A DNA stretch of 64,000 nucleotides. Source: Minisyncoccota bacterium. GTDB lineage: Bacteria > Patescibacteriota > Minisyncoccia > Phycocordibacterales > PALSA-1337. The stretch is taken from the NCBI GenBank assembly GCA_041666915.1, contig JBAYFZ010000001.1, forward strand, positions 137,086 to 201,085, in the 5' to 3' direction. The position numbers were made by a program, and so were the translations under genes. Each line of letters starts with the position of its first letter. Position 1 is the first letter of the stretch. The notes beneath the pieces are model-generated. The model was given only the letters and a program-made list of their open reading frames with translations, made no database searches and was not told where the DNA came from. Shown piece after piece: positions 47,356 to 56,695 of this stretch.

Positions 47356-48098
47356 ATGTTTAAGCCCACAACAGACAGGATAAAAGAGCTCGCGGCCGCT
47401 TACCCGGAAAAGATTCAAGGCCTTGAAAAGATCTTCGATAAGAAGACGAATATTTATATTGACTATGGCAATGTCCGTCCTTGGGCCAAAAAGCTCGGCT
47501 GGCATGTTGATCTCCGTCGTCTGATGCAATTAAATCCTTTGACACTATAAACGAAGTAAAGTTCTATCATGGCACCCTAAAGATAAATCCATATTCAAAA
47601 ATGCTGATCGAGGATGCAAAGCATTTCGATTACATTGTGAGGACCAAACCAGTCAAAATACTGAAACTATCTATTGATGCTTCCAGTATTCCCGCGAATT
47701 CACCTGAATTGCTAAAAAATTTTATTCGCAAGCCTTTTCTGGCAAAACTCAAGGTTGAAACTATAGAAACACTGAACAATGAACTTCGATTACTGAATCA
47801 GCAAGGCATTCTAGAGATCGAGGATCTGAAGTCTAATTTTGATGTGGAAATTGGACGCGACCTGCTTCGCGATTTTGAAAATAATAATGTCGAGACTTTT
47901 ATATTATGGAGTGGAGATAGTGATTTTGAAGACCCGATCAGTCAGCTACTTACAGATAAAAAGCATGTGATGTTATTTGCGACTTCTGGTAAAGTAGCCA
48001 GTGAACTTAGTGATCTTTGCGCCAAAGGCCTTAAGATTTATGATGTAAAGAAGATCAAGGAATTCATCTGCTACAAAAAAGAGATGAAGCTTTTATAA
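47356..48098 (+). pseudogene. NYN-domain (LabA-like/PIN-like) protein gene split by a frameshift. The N-terminal motif is in frame 1 (47356..47550). The remainder is in another frame that is open from about 47511 and extends to 48098.
   Basis: N-terminal …IYIDYGNVRPWAKKLGWHVDL… (D…N motif) and C-terminal …ILWSGDSDFEDPISQLL…KHVMLF… (SGDsDF motif) lie in different frames, with a 40-nt window where both frames are open. Confidence 0.6.
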
Positions 48099-48351
48099 TG
48101 CAAAGGGGACCTCTTGCGAGGCCCCCAAGCTCTGGAAAATTGACTGTTAAGGTCATCTAGATACTAGCAGATTTGAGGAAATTGTAAAGACCCCTTGTGC
48201 ATAACATCATATACAAAGGAAAACGCCACACAGGTTGGCGTTTTCTAATGATTAGATACAGTATAGACGATTGAAGTTAGAAATCAATATCTAGGTGTTG
48301 ATAACATATATACAGAAAAGACCCATATTTTATGGGCCTTTTTGTTACGGA

Positions 48352-49509
48352 TCATAGAGATTTTATTACTTTTTCCTGAGAAATAATATCAGTATAGATT
48401 GTATCCACTTCACTAGGTTTTATGGAGAAATTACTACTATTAATTTTAGCGATGTCATTTTTGATGCTTTCAAGTTCTCTTGATAGCGCATCACCAGTAA
48501 GGACATATCGAGAAATTCCGATCCAATATGGTATAAAGGCGTTGATAGTAGACGCATCGTGAGTTGATGTTGATACTTTGCTAAATGATGTTCTTATAGC
48601 ATTAAGTTGATGTGTAAAAATATTTTTTATATCATCTGATACTTTCGTTCCTTCACTCAACAATACGGAATCGTTATGTGAAGTGATTTTGAATACACGA
48701 GGAATGAATGAATACGTTGAGCTGTTATGCGATTGTCCGTACTTCCACCCGTATCTTCCATCATAAAATGTAAGGAATAATTCACTATTATTAACCCAAA
48801 AATCTTTGGCTTGTAATCCTCCTCCATACCAGTCTGTATCAATTGTTCCAATATCAAATAATTTATCCTCTTGAATAAATAAAATATGGGAATCGCCCGT
48901 ATACTGGTTTCCTTTGGGGGCATAGTCCTGAATGATCAAAAGTATATCGTCACCATATTCTATACTTGAGAGGTGACCGCAACGAAAATCTTCCTTACTC
49001 AAAGAGAATAATGACCTGGTTGAATTAGTAATCGATATTCTACAGATGTCCGTGTCATTACCAACATTGTAGTCACCCGTATCTATTAATTCTAGAGAAA
49101 AATCTTTTATTTTATAAGCTCTATCTGTTTTGATATGCACCAAAAATTTATCTTGATCATCACCAACCTCTTTAGTCTGAACATCGTCTTTGGTACGAAT
49201 AATTCGACTTTCGCCAGTACCAAATTCGGCACACCCACCAATTTCTCCTGGCTGTAATTTGTAACGACTGTCGTACACATCAAAAAATGATCCACAAAAT
49301 CTTACATTTTGATTATTCTTAGATAATATTTTCATAGCTGAATCGTGAATATCTTTCAAAGATTCCAGTTCATATCCAAAATCAAAAAACTTTTCCGGCC
49401 ATAATAGTTTACTATCTTCCTTTTGGTATATCTTTACTATATAGATGCTGGCAAAAATCAGGCCTACTAGAATGACGATGGCTGCTGTTTTAAAAAGAAT
49501 ATTTCTCAT
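48352..49509 (-). CDS. Membrane-anchored hypothetical protein, 385 aa. Last gene of the minus-strand accessory island.
   Basis: N-terminal TM. No motif recognised. AT-rich codon usage. Confidence 0.55.
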   Translation of the reverse strand: MRNILFKTAAIVILVGLIFASIYIVKIYQKEDSKLLWPEKFFDFGYELESLKDIHDSAMKILSKNNQNVRFCGSFFDVYDSRYKLQPGEIGGCAEFGTGESRIIRTKDDVQTKEVGDDQDKFLVHIKTDRAYKIKDFSLELIDTGDYNVGNDTDICRISITNSTRSLFSLSKEDFRCGHLSSIEYGDDILLIIQDYAPKGNQYTGDSHILFIQEDKLFDIGTIDTDWYGGGLQAKDFWVNNSELFLTFYDGRYGWKYGQSHNSSTYSFIPRVFKITSHNDSVLLSEGTKVSDDIKNIFTHQLNAIRTSFSKVSTSTHDASTINAFIPYWIGISRYVLTGDALSRELESIKNDIAKINSSNFSIKPSEVDTIYTDIISQEKVIKSL

Positions 49510-49820
49510 ATAAATAAAGCGACCGCCTGAATAATGAAACCGACGATGACAAGATATATTCCCCTTTTACCGTTTGTCCTTTCATCACGCCTTCTCCGTA
49601 TGAAATCGCCTCGATACCGATTTATTTTCTCTACATCCGTGAGTGCACCAGACAAAGTTTTCCTAGAAGTCGCTGATGTAAAATGAGTAGTTGATGGCTC
49701 TATCGGAATTTCCGATATGTCCTCTATTTCCTTATCGGAAATAAAAAGATATTTTACGAGAATAATTGAACCCAGAACATTCAATACAAGACCTAACAGA
49801 TTAATAAGATCTTTCTCCAT
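49506..49820 (-). CDS. Small two-TM membrane protein, hypothetical.
   Basis: Hydrophobic N- and C-termini. 4-nt overlap with the downstream gene. Confidence 0.5.
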   Translation of the reverse strand: MEKDLINLLGLVLNVLGSIILVKYLFISDKEIEDISEIPIEPSTTHFTSATSRKTLSGALTDVEKINRYRGDFIRRRRDERTNGKRGIYLVIVGFIIQAVALFI

Positions 49821-49824
49821 TAAA

Positions 49825-50505
49825 CTACTTTTTTATGAGAACAAACCTATCGTGTTCATCCATCCAAGGAAGACTGCCGAGAGTGATATCCTTATTTAGA
49901 GCAGTCCAGCAAGGTATATGTTGAGTGTAAATATCTCCTTTTCTACTTTTTCCATATATTACTGAGCCGAAAAACGCGTATGTGACAAAGCCATCCTTAA
50001 CAGCAGTTTTATCACCACTCTGTATACGATTAAATATTCCACCTACTTTCTCCTTAAACCAATTCGATTCAGATTCTTGAAGATATTTTAGGTATTCAAT
50101 TCCGGGGATATAATGGGTGGTCCCGTAGTTTTCAACAACGAATTTTGCAACGTCAGCAACCGTAACCGCATTTTTTGCTATTCCAGATTTCTCACCGCTA
50201 CCTGAAAAATATTTTGGCAGTCTCTCAATAACAACCCTATCTGGTGATATATCTTCCCAATGCAAGGTTATAGTGTCAGGATTGATAGTAAAATTACCGA
50301 ATTTAGATGCCTTATCGGGTTTTGCATTCCATTCGTTTATATTCGCCAAAGTATCCCATGACTGTTCTTCTGGGCGAACCAAAAAAGGTTTAACTTCGGC
50401 CTTCTGCATTGACTGGTCATCAATGTGTAACTTTTTTACGAGATACTCAACAACAAAAGGGTGAAGTTCTCTTTCTATTTTTTCCAAATTGATTTTTTCA
50501 GTCAT
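49825..50505 (-). CDS. Hypothetical protein, probable start MTEKINLEK… (the ORF track extends to 50694).
   Basis: Long ORF. No motif recognised. Confidence 0.5.
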   Translation of the reverse strand: MTEKINLEKIERELHPFVVEYLVKKLHIDDQSMQKAEVKPFLVRPEEQSWDTLANINEWNAKPDKASKFGNFTINPDTITLHWEDISPDRVVIERLPKYFSGSGEKSGIAKNAVTVADVAKFVVENYGTTHYIPGIEYLKYLQESESNWFKEKVGGIFNRIQSGDKTAVKDGFVTYAFFGSVIYGKSRKGDIYTQHIPCWTALNKDITLGSLPWMDEHDRFVLIKK

Positions 50506-51017
50506 AAATTTATTTTTTTGACATACGCTAATTTTAGGTAACTTGATGCTTTTTGACCTAAGAAATGCCAGAAAATCCAAAAGATTATTGCTCCACCGAT
50601 CAAAGACCCTACTCCGCTTCCGATATTGCCCGAATATCCAATTTCTGTAAGTCCATCCAATATAGGCTGCAGTGCAATAAAAACAAATGCACAAATAAGA
50701 GCTTTGTCTTTTAGTTTTATAAAGAAATATATTGTGACTATGCCTAGCAATGCAAGAATAAAGCTCGAAACCATTTCGAGAGTAATTACAGAGAAAAGAA
50801 CCTTTCGAATTTCATCTGATGTCATCACAGAATACATATTTTTAAGACCCCAAAAATTATCGATCTTTATATATGAAGCGATAACAATTACTACAAAAAG
50901 AAACATGCCGGATATACCATAACTTTCTTTGAAGCGTTTGAAAATATTCTTTTTATTAGACTCTTCCATATTTTTATTTAATAAAATAGTTGATATCCTT
51001 GTTGTATAGCTGAGCAA
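50502..51017 (-). CDS. Polytopic membrane protein, hypothetical. The start may be at the internal Met17.
   Basis: 3-4 TM helices, Gly-rich C-terminal helix (GSGVGSLIGGAIIFWIFW). Confidence 0.5.
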   Translation of the reverse strand: MLSYTTRISTILLNKNMEESNKKNIFKRFKESYGISGMFLFVVIVIASYIKIDNFWGLKNMYSVMTSDEIRKVLFSVITLEMVSSFILALLGIVTIYFFIKLKDKALICAFVFIALQPILDGLTEIGYSGNIGSGVGSLIGGAIIFWIFWHFLGQKASSYLKLAYVKKINL

Positions 51018-51225
51018 ACTTTTTGACCTCCATAATATCCAAACGATATTCTCCTGACTCGACGCGAGAGATGTAAGACTGCGGGCGCCTCATCTTCTTT
51101 GCTACATCTATCTGTCGTAGCCCTGCGTCCAATCGAGCCTTTTTCATCCGCTCAATAAAGATCGCGTACTCCTTTGTCCGTATTGTCTTATCCATATATA
51201 CTATAGCGTATATACAGAAAGTCAA
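50974..51225 (-). CDS. XRE-family helix-turn-helix transcriptional regulator.
   Basis: …RLDAGLRQIDVAKKMRRPQSYISRVESGEYRLDIMEV… (HTH_3). Confidence 0.75.
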   Translation of the reverse strand: MTFCIYAIVYMDKTIRTKEYAIFIERMKKARLDAGLRQIDVAKKMRRPQSYISRVESGEYRLDIMEVKKFAQLYNKDINYFIK

Positions 51226-51269
51226 TATCTAAAGTTTAGATATGGTGGATAACGAAAATAATCTTAGAA

Positions 51270-51680
51270 CTAACTCCCCCAGAACCAGGATATGATTTTC
51301 ATCCAGAAGGAATCAGGCTTTGATGCATGATCGTAATGTAGACTTCGAGCTTCCCTATCACTAATCCTAACTGCCTCAATATCACTCTTTGTCCATTTAG
51401 TCGCCCACATTATCTCGTTCGATCGTACCCAATAATGCGACTGACATGCAAAATTCCAGTTACCAATCGATGGATACAGTGTTGCTTTTCCTTTCTGGAT
51501 ATTAAGACTCCATCCACTGGGCTTCAGAGGTGTCACAACCTTATTTCCACACCCACAACAACATAAGTGACTGCACGTTTGGTATTTATTTGAAATATAA
51601 AGAATGCCTTCCTTCAAGTCAGTTGGGATAAATTCAACAAAATTTGGTTGGATAATTTTAGTCGGTTTCATCTGTGTCAT
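51270..51680 (-). CDS. Cys-rich small protein (C-x-H-x-CCCGCG … CQSH), candidate zinc-binding component of the Ubl/E1 operon.
   Basis: …QTCSHLCCCGCGNKVV…NFACQSHYW…. 23-nt overlap with the upstream E1-like gene (translational coupling). Confidence 0.5.
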   Translation of the reverse strand: MTQMKPTKIIQPNFVEFIPTDLKEGILYISNKYQTCSHLCCCGCGNKVVTPLKPSGWSLNIQKGKATLYPSIGNWNFACQSHYWVRSNEIMWATKWTKSDIEAVRISDREARSLHYDHASKPDSFWMKIISWFWGS

Positions 51681-52848
51681 TTAACAACATATTTCCTCCT
51701 ATCGTGTATGTACTAAAGTTTTCTTTCTTCGTGTCAAAATAGAAGCCACGCATTTTTTTCCATTTAATAACTGCTTGAATTGCATTAAGGGCATTGAGAT
51801 CCGCTACTTGGATATTTTTATCGTACTCATTTGCTCCTTGGTCAGTTGGTACAAACGAGATATGTGACCGCGCATTTTCACGATTACTGGATGTGCTGGA
51901 TGTTGTCCTTAATATTCCACCCAGTTTTTCGTCTTTGGCATAAATACCAATTCCCGTGTCAATGAACGAAATATCCTTCTGTTCCAAGTACTCGACTATG
52001 GTTTTCTTTGCGGGACCTGCATCCATACAAAGAAATACATGCGACATGCCATCTAACTGATCGATATTCGTAGTATCAATCGGCACTGGGTGAGCGATGA
52101 TTCCTTTATGCATACGAGAATAAATCTCTTTAAGATAGTCTACTTTAAACATTTGCCTATGGAGATCGTCTATCGAAGCTGCCCCAGGCGCTCGAAAAGC
52201 GTTGTGTGATGAGAATTTATCACCATCGAATAAATGAATTTCTTTGACTGGTGTTTTAGCGATAAAATCAAGAACATATGAACCGGTACCACCCAGCCCT
52301 ACTATCGCCAGCTTTTCTACTGCGAGTTTTTGAGTAATCATATTTATATCTACCCGAGCAGACGCAGTATCAATATATTGAAAAGGTGAATTGTCGTCTT
52401 CGGGCACCACCACCTGATACGTCTTCGAAGTCGCTGATTGATCAATGACTGAGGCGTGACCCTCTATTATTGCCGCATATGTTTTTATCTTTTCATAGTA
52501 GTTTTCATAGTGGCCGCGAGGAGGCTTACTAGAAAAAGAGTGCCGCGTAGTTATACTCTCGCTTATTCGAACAAGGTCACTGTTATGTTTAATACCCGCA
52601 ATAAGCTGGCCATCACTCGAGCACGGATGATCCCCAACAAATTTGATTGTATGATCGCCTGGACGATTGGTAATGTCCCCATTCAAGTCTAAACTGGTCA
52701 CCAAAATACCGTCACGACAAACCTGACGCTTGTCGTTTACATATGGAATATCCCTGACGATAAGATGTCCAGCATGGATATCTACATTAAAACCTGCGTC
52801 ACGGAGTTTCCGAAGATCGTCATTAAGATCGATTAGTCTGTGTGACAT
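51658..52848 (-). CDS. ThiF/MoeB/E1-like ubiquitin-activating-enzyme-family protein with an ~180-aa N-terminal domain of unknown function (contains an HPC motif; possibly E2-like).
   Basis: Rossmann nucleotide-binding …LAIVGLGGTGSYVLDFIA…IHLFDGDKFSSHNAFRAPGA… typical of E1-like adenylyltransferases. N-terminal …IKFVGDHPCSSDGQLIAG…. Confidence 0.75.
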   Translation of the reverse strand: MSHRLIDLNDDLRKLRDAGFNVDIHAGHLIVRDIPYVNDKRQVCRDGILVTSLDLNGDITNRPGDHTIKFVGDHPCSSDGQLIAGIKHNSDLVRISESITTRHSFSSKPPRGHYENYYEKIKTYAAIIEGHASVIDQSATSKTYQVVVPEDDNSPFQYIDTASARVDINMITQKLAVEKLAIVGLGGTGSYVLDFIAKTPVKEIHLFDGDKFSSHNAFRAPGAASIDDLHRQMFKVDYLKEIYSRMHKGIIAHPVPIDTTNIDQLDGMSHVFLCMDAGPAKKTIVEYLEQKDISFIDTGIGIYAKDEKLGGILRTTSSTSSNRENARSHISFVPTDQGANEYDKNIQVADLNALNAIQAVIKWKKMRGFYFDTKKENFSTYTIGGNMLLNDTDETD

Positions 52849-53074
52849 CGAATACGGTACCGTGCTTTTTAACGGTCACTGATCCGCCCGCGGCAAGCGT
52901 ACCCTGATGTGGTTTACTGTGTGCCTTCTCGAAGGTGATTGAGAAGATTGTGTCTGGAGTTGTCGGATGTCCAGGAAAAGCAATCTCAACGACTTGTTCA
53001 AAAGTCACGACATCAGTTGACAACACATGTTCTGTGCCGTTCACTATGATGGTATAATCTTTTTCATGAGCCAT
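52823..53074 (-). CDS. Small beta-grasp protein resembling the Multiubiquitin (Mub) / ThiS-MoaD-like ubiquitin-like family. First gene of the operon. No C-terminal Gly-Gly.
   Basis: …YTIIVNGTEHVLSTDVVTFEQVVEIAF…GGSVTVKKHGTVFDV… matches the pattern of bacterial ubiquitin-like proteins found with E1/E2/JAB genes. 26-nt overlap with the E1-like gene. Confidence 0.5.
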   Translation of the reverse strand: MAHEKDYTIIVNGTEHVLSTDVVTFEQVVEIAFPGHPTTPDTIFSITFEKAHSKPHQGTLAAGGSVTVKKHGTVFDVTQTNRS

Positions 53075-53345
53075 AGTTTTGTATTTATCTAGCTTTGTTA
53101 TTATTAATGTTTAAGCCAGATATTACCTGAATATTACACCTATTTATGGCCACTCGTCTACTTATGTTGTATCGCTAAAAAAGTTATCCACAGTTGTGCG
53201 ACAATGTGACTTGCAAGTTTCTATTATACGAAATCAAACAGTTTTAGTTAATAGTTATTAAGTATCTTTGAACGCGTTCGATTGTGATTAAAACTTTGCT
53301 TCGCCGGTTGGCGAATTGCACTTTTCATTGTAAACTGTCTTTATC

Positions 53346-53807
53346 ATGACCCTACACCAAAACATCAAAGAGCAAATAAAAGAAGCTATGCGCGCCAAGG
53401 ACACTGTTCGTCTAGACACTCTCCGAGGTTTGAATGCATTATTTTTGAATGAAATGCTGGCCCAAAAGATCACTACAGAATTTTTGCCAGATGAAAAAGT
53501 TTTAGCTCTCATCAAGAGGAGTGTAAAACAACGTCAAGATTCAATCCGACAATTCGAAATCGGTAAACGTGCAGATTTGGCTGATAAAGAAAAGGCTGAA
53601 CTTGTGATCTTGGAATCATTCTTGCCAGCTGGTGCTACTAAAGAAGAAATAATGGTTGTTGCCAGTAAAGTCATTGAAAACCTCAAGAAACAAGGTTCTT
53701 TTGATGCAAAAGCTATCGGAAAGATCACTGGTCAAGTTATGAAGGAATTGGGTGGCAGAGCAGATGGTAATGATGTTAAGATTGTACTAGAGGGTTTGGT
53801 AAAATAA
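53346..53807 (+). CDS. GatB/YqeY-domain protein.
   Basis: …LKEQIKEAMRAKDTVRLDTLRGL…KELGGRADGNDV… typical of the YqeY family. Confidence 0.8.
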   Translation: MTLHQNIKEQIKEAMRAKDTVRLDTLRGLNALFLNEMLAQKITTEFLPDEKVLALIKRSVKQRQDSIRQFEIGKRADLADKEKAELVILESFLPAGATKEEIMVVASKVIENLKKQGSFDAKAIGKITGQVMKELGGRADGNDVKIVLEGLVK

Positions 53808-54158
53808 GTACTACTATTGACTTTGTCACCGATTTAGCGTATACTGTTATAGTAGTTTTGTACACAACAACTAACCGAAACGGAATCGTTATGAATCATG
53901 CAATAACGCGTACCCAAAGGGATTTTTTGATGGATCTTTTTAATAACATCAGGAAATCGGTCGGAGTAGCTCGTACTGCTCATCCTATGTTGAGTAAATC
54001 GCACCCAACGCCAAGGAAGAAGGAGCAACCTAAGTGGCGTGGATTGCCACCAAGTGATCAAGAATAAAGTGATCGAGCAAGTTTCAATCAGAAATACCCC
54101 ACTTTTGTACGGGGTATTTTTTTTGTATGTTTTCGGCTAGGTCGGACACGGTCGAATA

Positions 54159-55778
54159 CTATGCCTTTGCGAAAGGTTCTAATTCAACAATAAATGTTGC
54201 ACCCTTCCCTTCTCCAGGAGATTCGGCACGGATGGTACCGTGATGAGCTTCTATCATTTGTTTTGCCACATAAAGTCCCAAGCCAGTACCACGGATGTTT
54301 GTCTTACTTGCATTCTCGGCTCTAGAAAACTTCTGGAACAATCTAGGTAATGTTTCTGGTGCGATGCCCACGCCAGTATCTTTGACCGCGAAGATGAATA
54401 GGTGGCGAGACTTGTCATAAGAAAGTTTGGCGTCAATAGAACCGGAAGGTGTGTATTTGAGTGAGTTATCAATAATGTTGGCAACAACCTGTTTGAGTTT
54501 GTCCCTATCTGCTGTAGTCCTGTAATCTATGCCATGATTTTCGGCTGTGAACGTGAGTTTGACGCCAGTCTTATCAATGTTTGGTTTGAGTTCAGCCACC
54601 ACGTCTTCTATCATCGTCTTTAGATCTATCGTTTCAAATGCGTACTTCATTGCCCCGAGCTCAATACGGCTGAGGTTCAAATAGTCATTAACAATGTTCA
54701 CCAATGTATTCGTGGAATCAAATATTCTCGTAACACCGTTTCTAACCTCTGTAGAAATCTCACCCATATCGCCCTCCAGTATGAGAGATGAATAACCCTT
54801 CATTGCCGTAAGTGGTCCCCGCAACTGATGTGTTGCAAAGGAAACGAATTCGGATTTCTGACGGTCCAATTCCGTCAGACGCGTGTTGGCTTTTTCAAGG
54901 TCGGTTGCGAGAAGTTCGATTTTTTCGCGGTGTTTGACTTCTTGTCGGACGCTTCTTATAAGTAACGAACCGACTATAATAGTAAGAATTAATAGACCTA
55001 TGTTTAATAGACGATCTTGATCTGTCTCTGCAAGTAGTACTCGTACTAAGATAAATATCCACAGACATGCAGTAAACATTTCTGTGGTAATGACCTTGGC
55101 GTTTAGTAGATTATGTTTATAAACTGCGTATAAAAGTACCCAAGCAACAATAAATGCCATGAGAGGACCAATCCAAATATGGGTATAATCATAAGGTGGA
55201 GAGATAAGGTCAAAGTACATGGCTATAAGATAAGGAAGTATTGTACCCAGAAAGATAAATTTTAATTGAATTTTTACCGTATGATCATTACTTTTATTAA
55301 ATGATTTAAATAAATTTGAATAAGCAACAACGAGAGATGCAATAAAATATATAACATATATAGTATAACCAAAAGTATTAACGGTGGCTGATTTAATGCC
55401 ACTTTCTAAAAAGTAAACCGATTGCAATATAAAGTGGGGACTGATCAGTATTCCAAGTGTAATTAACGAAAAAGGTAAATATATGTAGAAACGTTGGGCA
55501 ATCGTTAGGGTGATTTTTTTAGGGAATGTGTATGAGAAATTTAAGAAGAAAAATGGAATTGCTGCTGCTGTAATGTAGTAAAAACGTGTGTAATAAAGAG
55601 CGTATTCTAGGTTATCGGTTAGTCTGAACATCAAAAGCCCAAAAGCCCAGAGACTGATTGATAGTATAAATAAAGAAAAGACTTTATTTGAGGCATTATC
55701 TTCACCCCTAATAATGAACAAGCTTAGACCTGCGGTAATTAGAGAAACAAGTGTAAGAGATATACTAATTATGTCCAT
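54159..55778 (-). CDS. Sensor histidine kinase with a large polytopic N-terminal membrane domain.
   Basis: H-box (…HQLRGPLTAMKGYSSLI…). N, G1, G2 boxes (…IIDNSLKYTP…DTGVGI…GTGLGLYVAKQ…). Confidence 0.85.
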   Translation of the reverse strand: MDIISISLTLVSLITAGLSLFIIRGEDNASNKVFSLFILSISLWAFGLLMFRLTDNLEYALYYTRFYYITAAAIPFFFLNFSYTFPKKITLTIAQRFYIYLPFSLITLGILISPHFILQSVYFLESGIKSATVNTFGYTIYVIYFIASLVVAYSNLFKSFNKSNDHTVKIQLKFIFLGTILPYLIAMYFDLISPPYDYTHIWIGPLMAFIVAWVLLYAVYKHNLLNAKVITTEMFTACLWIFILVRVLLAETDQDRLLNIGLLILTIIVGSLLIRSVRQEVKHREKIELLATDLEKANTRLTELDRQKSEFVSFATHQLRGPLTAMKGYSSLILEGDMGEISTEVRNGVTRIFDSTNTLVNIVNDYLNLSRIELGAMKYAFETIDLKTMIEDVVAELKPNIDKTGVKLTFTAENHGIDYRTTADRDKLKQVVANIIDNSLKYTPSGSIDAKLSYDKSRHLFIFAVKDTGVGIAPETLPRLFQKFSRAENASKTNIRGTGLGLYVAKQMIEAHHGTIRAESPGEGKGATFIVELEPFAKA

Positions 55779-55780
55779 AT

Positions 55781-56683
55781 TTACTTATTTTTTGCTACTG
55801 ATACTACGTGAATTTCTAAAGGCTCGTAATATAACTGGATTTCTCTTTCGTTAAAGCCAGCCTCTAAAAGAAGTCCTCCTAATTCTTCTGCAGAACGATA
55901 AATCATTTTCCAACCAATCACATCGGTTAGAAATTTCTCTTCCTGATTATGACTAATATTTGCTGTTATAAATATTCCTGAACCATTTAGAACATTTTTT
56001 ATATTCCTAAATACAGAAACAGCCTTTTCATCAATAAAATAATCTAGTAATCCAACCATTTCGACAATATCGAACTTGTTATCTTGTACAGATCTAAGAA
56101 ATGTTTCCGCTGTGCCATTAATCCACGTAAGATTGCAATTACTGTTACTTGTTAGATTATGTTCCTCAGAGAGTCTCTTGCTGTATTCTAGAGCCTCAGG
56201 ATTTTTATCAAGAAAAATTATTGAGATTTTTTTATCCATACTATTGGTTTCTACTATAGATTCTATAACGGCCCTTGCAGAGCCAGAAGCAATACTTAAA
56301 ATTGAAATTGGTGTATCTTTTTGTTTAAGGGTCATTAGTGTATTTCTTAGTTCTCTTTTAACAAGCTGCAGTCTATTACGCACAGCTTTTGAATTATTAG
56401 TACCGAACCAAAGTTTATGCATAACTTTTTGTGGCCAACTTTTTGAATGCTTCTTGTGTCCTTTTTTGTATAACAATTCAAGAGCCTTGTGGGTGGTTGC
56501 ATTATCTACAACCTCATCAACAGATTTGTGACTCTTTCTAATTAACGTATTTGACTTTGGTGGCAATATGTTTAAAACTGGGATACATATGCTATTGAAA
56601 AATCTACGCAAATAACCATTTGTCTCGTACGTCAAATCATTATCATGATCAACGATAATATTCATATGAGTATATGATATCAT
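55781..56683 (-). CDS. Class I SAM-dependent methyltransferase.
   Basis: Motif I …ILSIASGSARAV…. Motif II/III region (…IIFLDKN…, …FDIVEMVGLLDYF…). Confidence 0.7.
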   Translation of the reverse strand: MISYTHMNIIVDHDNDLTYETNGYLRRFFNSICIPVLNILPPKSNTLIRKSHKSVDEVVDNATTHKALELLYKKGHKKHSKSWPQKVMHKLWFGTNNSKAVRNRLQLVKRELRNTLMTLKQKDTPISILSIASGSARAVIESIVETNSMDKKISIIFLDKNPEALEYSKRLSEEHNLTSNSNCNLTWINGTAETFLRSVQDNKFDIVEMVGLLDYFIDEKAVSVFRNIKNVLNGSGIFITANISHNQEEKFLTDVIGWKMIYRSAEELGGLLLEAGFNEREIQLYYEPLEIHVVSVAKNK

Positions 56684-56695
56684 AGTGCTAATTAT

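Noticed and set aside
47508-47510. Possibility that UGA is recoded as Gly (genetic code 25). That would make the NYN gene continuous and change the tRNA interpretation.
   Set aside because: Long housekeeping ORFs (gyrB, dnaB, gltX, tyrS) are uninterrupted under the standard stop set and end at TGA/TAA/TAG with sensible C-termini. Code 11 fits.
48100-53345. Interpreting the E1-like gene as ordinary MoeB/ThiF for molybdopterin or thiamine biosynthesis.
   Set aside because: There are no moaD/moaE/thiS/thiG/thiH neighbours. Instead there is a Mub-like beta-grasp partner, a Cys-rich protein and an HTH regulator in an AT-rich island, and the protein has an extra N-terminal domain. I cannot exclude a sulfur-carrier role without a profile search.
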